Source of the DNA: Clostridiales bacterium | GTDB lineage: Bacteria; Bacillota; Clostridia; Oscillospirales; Oscillospiraceae | Direction: 5' to 3' | DNA: 64,000 nucleotides | Assembly (NCBI GenBank): GCA_012719235.1 | Contig: JAAYAR010000066.1 | Span: forward strand, 1,400-65,399 | Part shown: positions 61,697 to 64,000 of the stretch, one piece after another | How positions within the stretch are numbered: the stretch's first letter is position 1 | Layout: every line of letters begins with the position of its first letter | The notes under the pieces: generated by a model | What the model was told of the DNA's origin: nothing | Databases searched by the model: none | Seen by the model: the letters and a program-made list of their open reading frames with translations, nothing else | Position numbers and translations under genes: made by a program

Positions 61697-61766
61697 CGGT
61701 TAAGTTGTTCGGACCAGAGCTCCCTTGACGGAAGCGGGCGGGATCTGCGCGCGTCCGGTCCTCTCG

Positions 61767-63080
61767 TCAATACTCGAGCGTGACCCAGATATACAGATTC
61801 AGATTGTCCGACGAAACGAACAGGTCGACAAGTATGCCGTCCTTCTCGTTCAGGTAATAGTACGATGTGCCGCCGCTGAACACCTCATGGTCCTGGTATA
61901 CGAAACCTATGCTCTTCAGGTAAGCGACATACTCGTCGTACTCGTCAACATTATAGTAGTAGACGTAGTGCTCGCTCATATCGTAATAGCCGTCGTAATA
62001 CTCATCGAGGTCGGCATCATAGGAATATAGGCAGTACGAACCGGTGACTATATCATATCTGTTCACCGTGGAATAATAGTAGTCGCTGCCGTCATAGGGG
62101 CTGTATGAGCGGGAAGTCTCGGTTATGTACCATTCCTTGTAGTCGTTTGCCGTGTAACTCTTGGAGCGGTCAAGTTTATCAAGATTGGAGGTCTTGATAG
62201 CGAGGTTCAGGTTTTCGCCCCCTATATAGCTGAACGCGTTTATGCCGACCACCTCGCCGTAAATGTTGACGAGCGGGCCGCCGCTGTTGCCGGAGGAGAT
62301 AGCCGCGTCCATTTGTATGCAGTCGATGAGACCGACGGCACGGGATGTAGAGGATACGATGCCGGCGGTAAATGACCCTGTCAGAGTGCCCAGGGAGGAG
62401 CCGACGGCGTAGACCTGCTCGCCGGTCTTGACGTTCCCGTCATATATTGTGAGGAAGTCGTTGCCCGATATATCTATCTGCAATATGGCGAGATCATACA
62501 CCTGGCTGAAAGCGAGGATGTTCTTAACGTTATAACTGCCCCCGTCGCTGACCTGTACGCTCAGGGAGGTAGCGCTCTCTATAACGTGGTAGTTTGTCAC
62601 GATCGTTCCGGCGTCATCGATAAAAAGCCCGGAGCCCGCGGAGCGCCCGCCGCCGATCGTTGTGACATTGACCGTGACGGTCCTCTTTTGCACGTATTCG
62701 GCAAGGTCGGTAGTGCTCATCGCGACTTTGTTCCACTTTGCGGTCACGGTCACGTCGCCCTTCACGTTGGTAAAATCCCCGTCCCAGGACAGTTCAAGGT
62801 TGCCGTTTTTTACTTCCGGGGCTTTGGCCGCGCCGCCGTCTTCGACGATCTGCACCGCTTCTCCAGAGACAAGTTCACCGCCGTTAAGGTCAAACGTCAC
62901 GGTGTATTTAGTCGGTTCGGGTGTCGCCGTGGGTGAAGGTTCAGCTGTTTTTTCAGGTTCTGCCGAAGTGGACGGCCCGGGCCCGTCCTTTTGCCCGATC
63001 TGAAACACGCTGCACGAACTCGTCGAAAGCAAAACCGCAGCTGCAATAAATAATAACCAGACTGTTTTGACCCTCTTCAT
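61767..63080 (-). CDS. Secreted/lipoprotein trypsin-like (S1/HtrA-type) serine protease with a Listeria-Bacteroides-type repeat and a Tyr/Asp-rich C-terminal domain
   Basis: Signal and lipobox MKRVKTVWLLFIAAAVLLSTSSC. A repeat-like segment TVTFDLNGGELVSGEAVQ...VTVTAKW. The protease core has TNYHVIE (His) and GNSGGPLVN (Ser). The C-terminal ~110 aa are very rich in Tyr and Asp. Confidence 0.85.
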   Translation of the reverse strand: MKRVKTVWLLFIAAAVLLSTSSCSVFQIGQKDGPGPSTSAEPEKTAEPSPTATPEPTKYTVTFDLNGGELVSGEAVQIVEDGGAAKAPEVKNGNLELSWDGDFTNVKGDVTVTAKWNKVAMSTTDLAEYVQKRTVTVNVTTIGGGRSAGSGLFIDDAGTIVTNYHVIESATSLSVQVSDGGSYNVKNILAFSQVYDLAILQIDISGNDFLTIYDGNVKTGEQVYAVGSSLGTLTGSFTAGIVSSTSRAVGLIDCIQMDAAISSGNSGGPLVNIYGEVVGINAFSYIGGENLNLAIKTSNLDKLDRSKSYTANDYKEWYITETSRSYSPYDGSDYYYSTVNRYDIVTGSYCLYSYDADLDEYYDGYYDMSEHYVYYYNVDEYDEYVAYLKSIGFVYQDHEVFSGGTSYYYLNEKDGILVDLFVSSDNLNLYIWVTLEY

Positions 63081-63296
63081 ATAATCCCCTCCACTATCCA
63101 AATGCAGATCAGATAGTTCATTTTATCGTCATAAAGCAGCGAATGCAACGGTCAACTCGGAAATATTTGCAGAAATATGAAAAATTTTGACGAACATTAA
63201 CCGGATCCGGACAAAGCTCGTCATGGGTACGGAAGCGGCGGGCGCTTCCGATCAGGCTGGCCGACCGGAAAGCAGTTTACCTTACGTGACGCGGTA

Positions 63297-64000
63297 TTAC
63301 GGCAAGATCGCGCCGTATCGGAGCAGCTCGCTTTTCAGTGCGGCAAAGTTCACGTCTCTGACGCCGACTCCTGTTTTTACTGCGATCGCAGCCGCCGCTC
63401 CCGCGGCCTGGCCGAAGCACATGCAATGCGGAATGAGATTGAAAAACTCGCTGAAATCATGGTCCGCGGAAAAGGCGCGGCATGCGACAAGCAGGCCTTC
63501 CGTACCCTTCGGGATGAGAGCCCTGTAAGGCACGTATGTTCTCGGATACTGCAGGGACTTATCTCCACGGTCGTTATCCGCGAAGACAGCTATCGTATCC
63601 TCGAACGGTTCGTCCGTGTCCATGTCCTTTGCGGTCAGGAAATACTCGCCTATTATCCTGCGGCCGCCGGAAGTTCCGAGCTGCGGGGCGGAGAGCATGA
63701 TAAAGCTCTTTTCAAACCCCGGCATGTATTCTCTGAGGAGTTCCCAGGTTTTTACCGACTGCTTTCGCGTCGTCACGTCAATGTATGTCATCTCTTCGGC
63801 GTCGGTCTGACAGGTCGACCCGATAAGGCGATGGATCCAGACAACACCTTCATGCCTGTCAAGAAGACCCTTCGAAAAACGGGGCGAACCACCGAGCTTC
63901 GTTATTTTTTCAACCACGCACGCGAAAGTGTCAGGTTCGGAATCCTTAAACCTCTCGTACTTGTCAAGGTCAACGCCGCAGATCCAATAGACGTAGCCGA
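63297..64000 (-). CDS. FAD-dependent oxidoreductase (C-terminal part; the gene runs off the window end)
   Basis: The frame stays open to position 64000. The C-terminus is CFGQAAGAAAAIAVKTGVGVRDVNFAALKSELLRYGAILP, typical of the FAD_oxidored family. Confidence 0.7.
   Translation of the reverse strand, partial: GYVYWICGVDLDKYERFKDSEPDTFACVVEKITKLGGSPRFSKGLLDRHEGVVWIHRLIGSTCQTDAEEMTYIDVTTRKQSVKTWELLREYMPGFEKSFIMLSAPQLGTSGGRRIIGEYFLTAKDMDTDEPFEDTIAVFADNDRGDKSLQYPRTYVPYRALIPKGTEGLLVACRAFSADHDFSEFFNLIPHCMCFGQAAGAAAAIAVKTGVGVRDVNFAALKSELLRYGAILP

Noticed and set aside
1-64000. A search of the whole window for CRISPR arrays, transposases or integrases, phage modules, toxin-antitoxin pairs, reverse transcriptases (retron/DGR) and known defence genes.
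   Set aside because: I found no regularly spaced direct repeats with unique spacers and none of these gene types in any frame. The only repeated DNA is the SBP paralog cassettes and the short motifs reported above.

Overview
This is about 64 kb of chromosomal DNA from a moderately high-GC, endospore-forming Clostridia-type Firmicute. That origin is inferred from spoIVB, spoIIIAA/AB, sigG, a ylmC/ymxH-like gene and Gram-positive lipoboxes. I support about 55 protein genes, one tRNA-Arg(CCU) and a truncated tRNA copy. I found no transposase, integrase, phage block, CRISPR array or rRNA.

The gene content mixes three groups:
- Housekeeping: typA, dusB, pyk, mgtE, and an ECF sigma/anti-sigma pair.
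- Cell wall and sporulation genes.
- Accessory anaerobic metabolism: a glycyl-radical enzyme with its activase, two URO-D/MtaA-like proteins, a corrinoid protein with a PocR-AraC regulator, an enoate-reductase/ADH/SDR/LysR/MFS island, two tandem glycoside-hydrolase-like paralogs, a flavodiiron protein and a Cam-type gamma carbonic anhydrase.

The parts most worth a second look are:
1. Four tandem family-5 solute-binding lipoprotein paralogs (53.5-61.6 kb), with a fifth copy at 34.4 kb. Each has its own promoter, and no permease or ATPase gene lies anywhere in the window. The copies share promoter, upstream-box, palindrome and terminator modules and carry a gene-conversion-like tract.
2. A roughly 255-nt structured non-coding interval bounded by a promoter and a terminator, just upstream of an M-box-like mgtE leader. 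I could not assign it to any RNA family.
3. A GCxE-type glycyl-radical enzyme of unassigned specificity, with a Cys-rich insertion, next to a URO-D-like/U32 gene pair.
4. An FHA-SEDS fusion with a class B PBP.
5. A DUF2089/SHOCT/holin-like (yvl-like) operon.
6. The tRNA-Arg locus, which holds a half-tRNA duplicate, ATTAGCA repeats and a 17-codon ParA-like stub ORF.

All functional calls come from motif recognition by eye. No database search was run.
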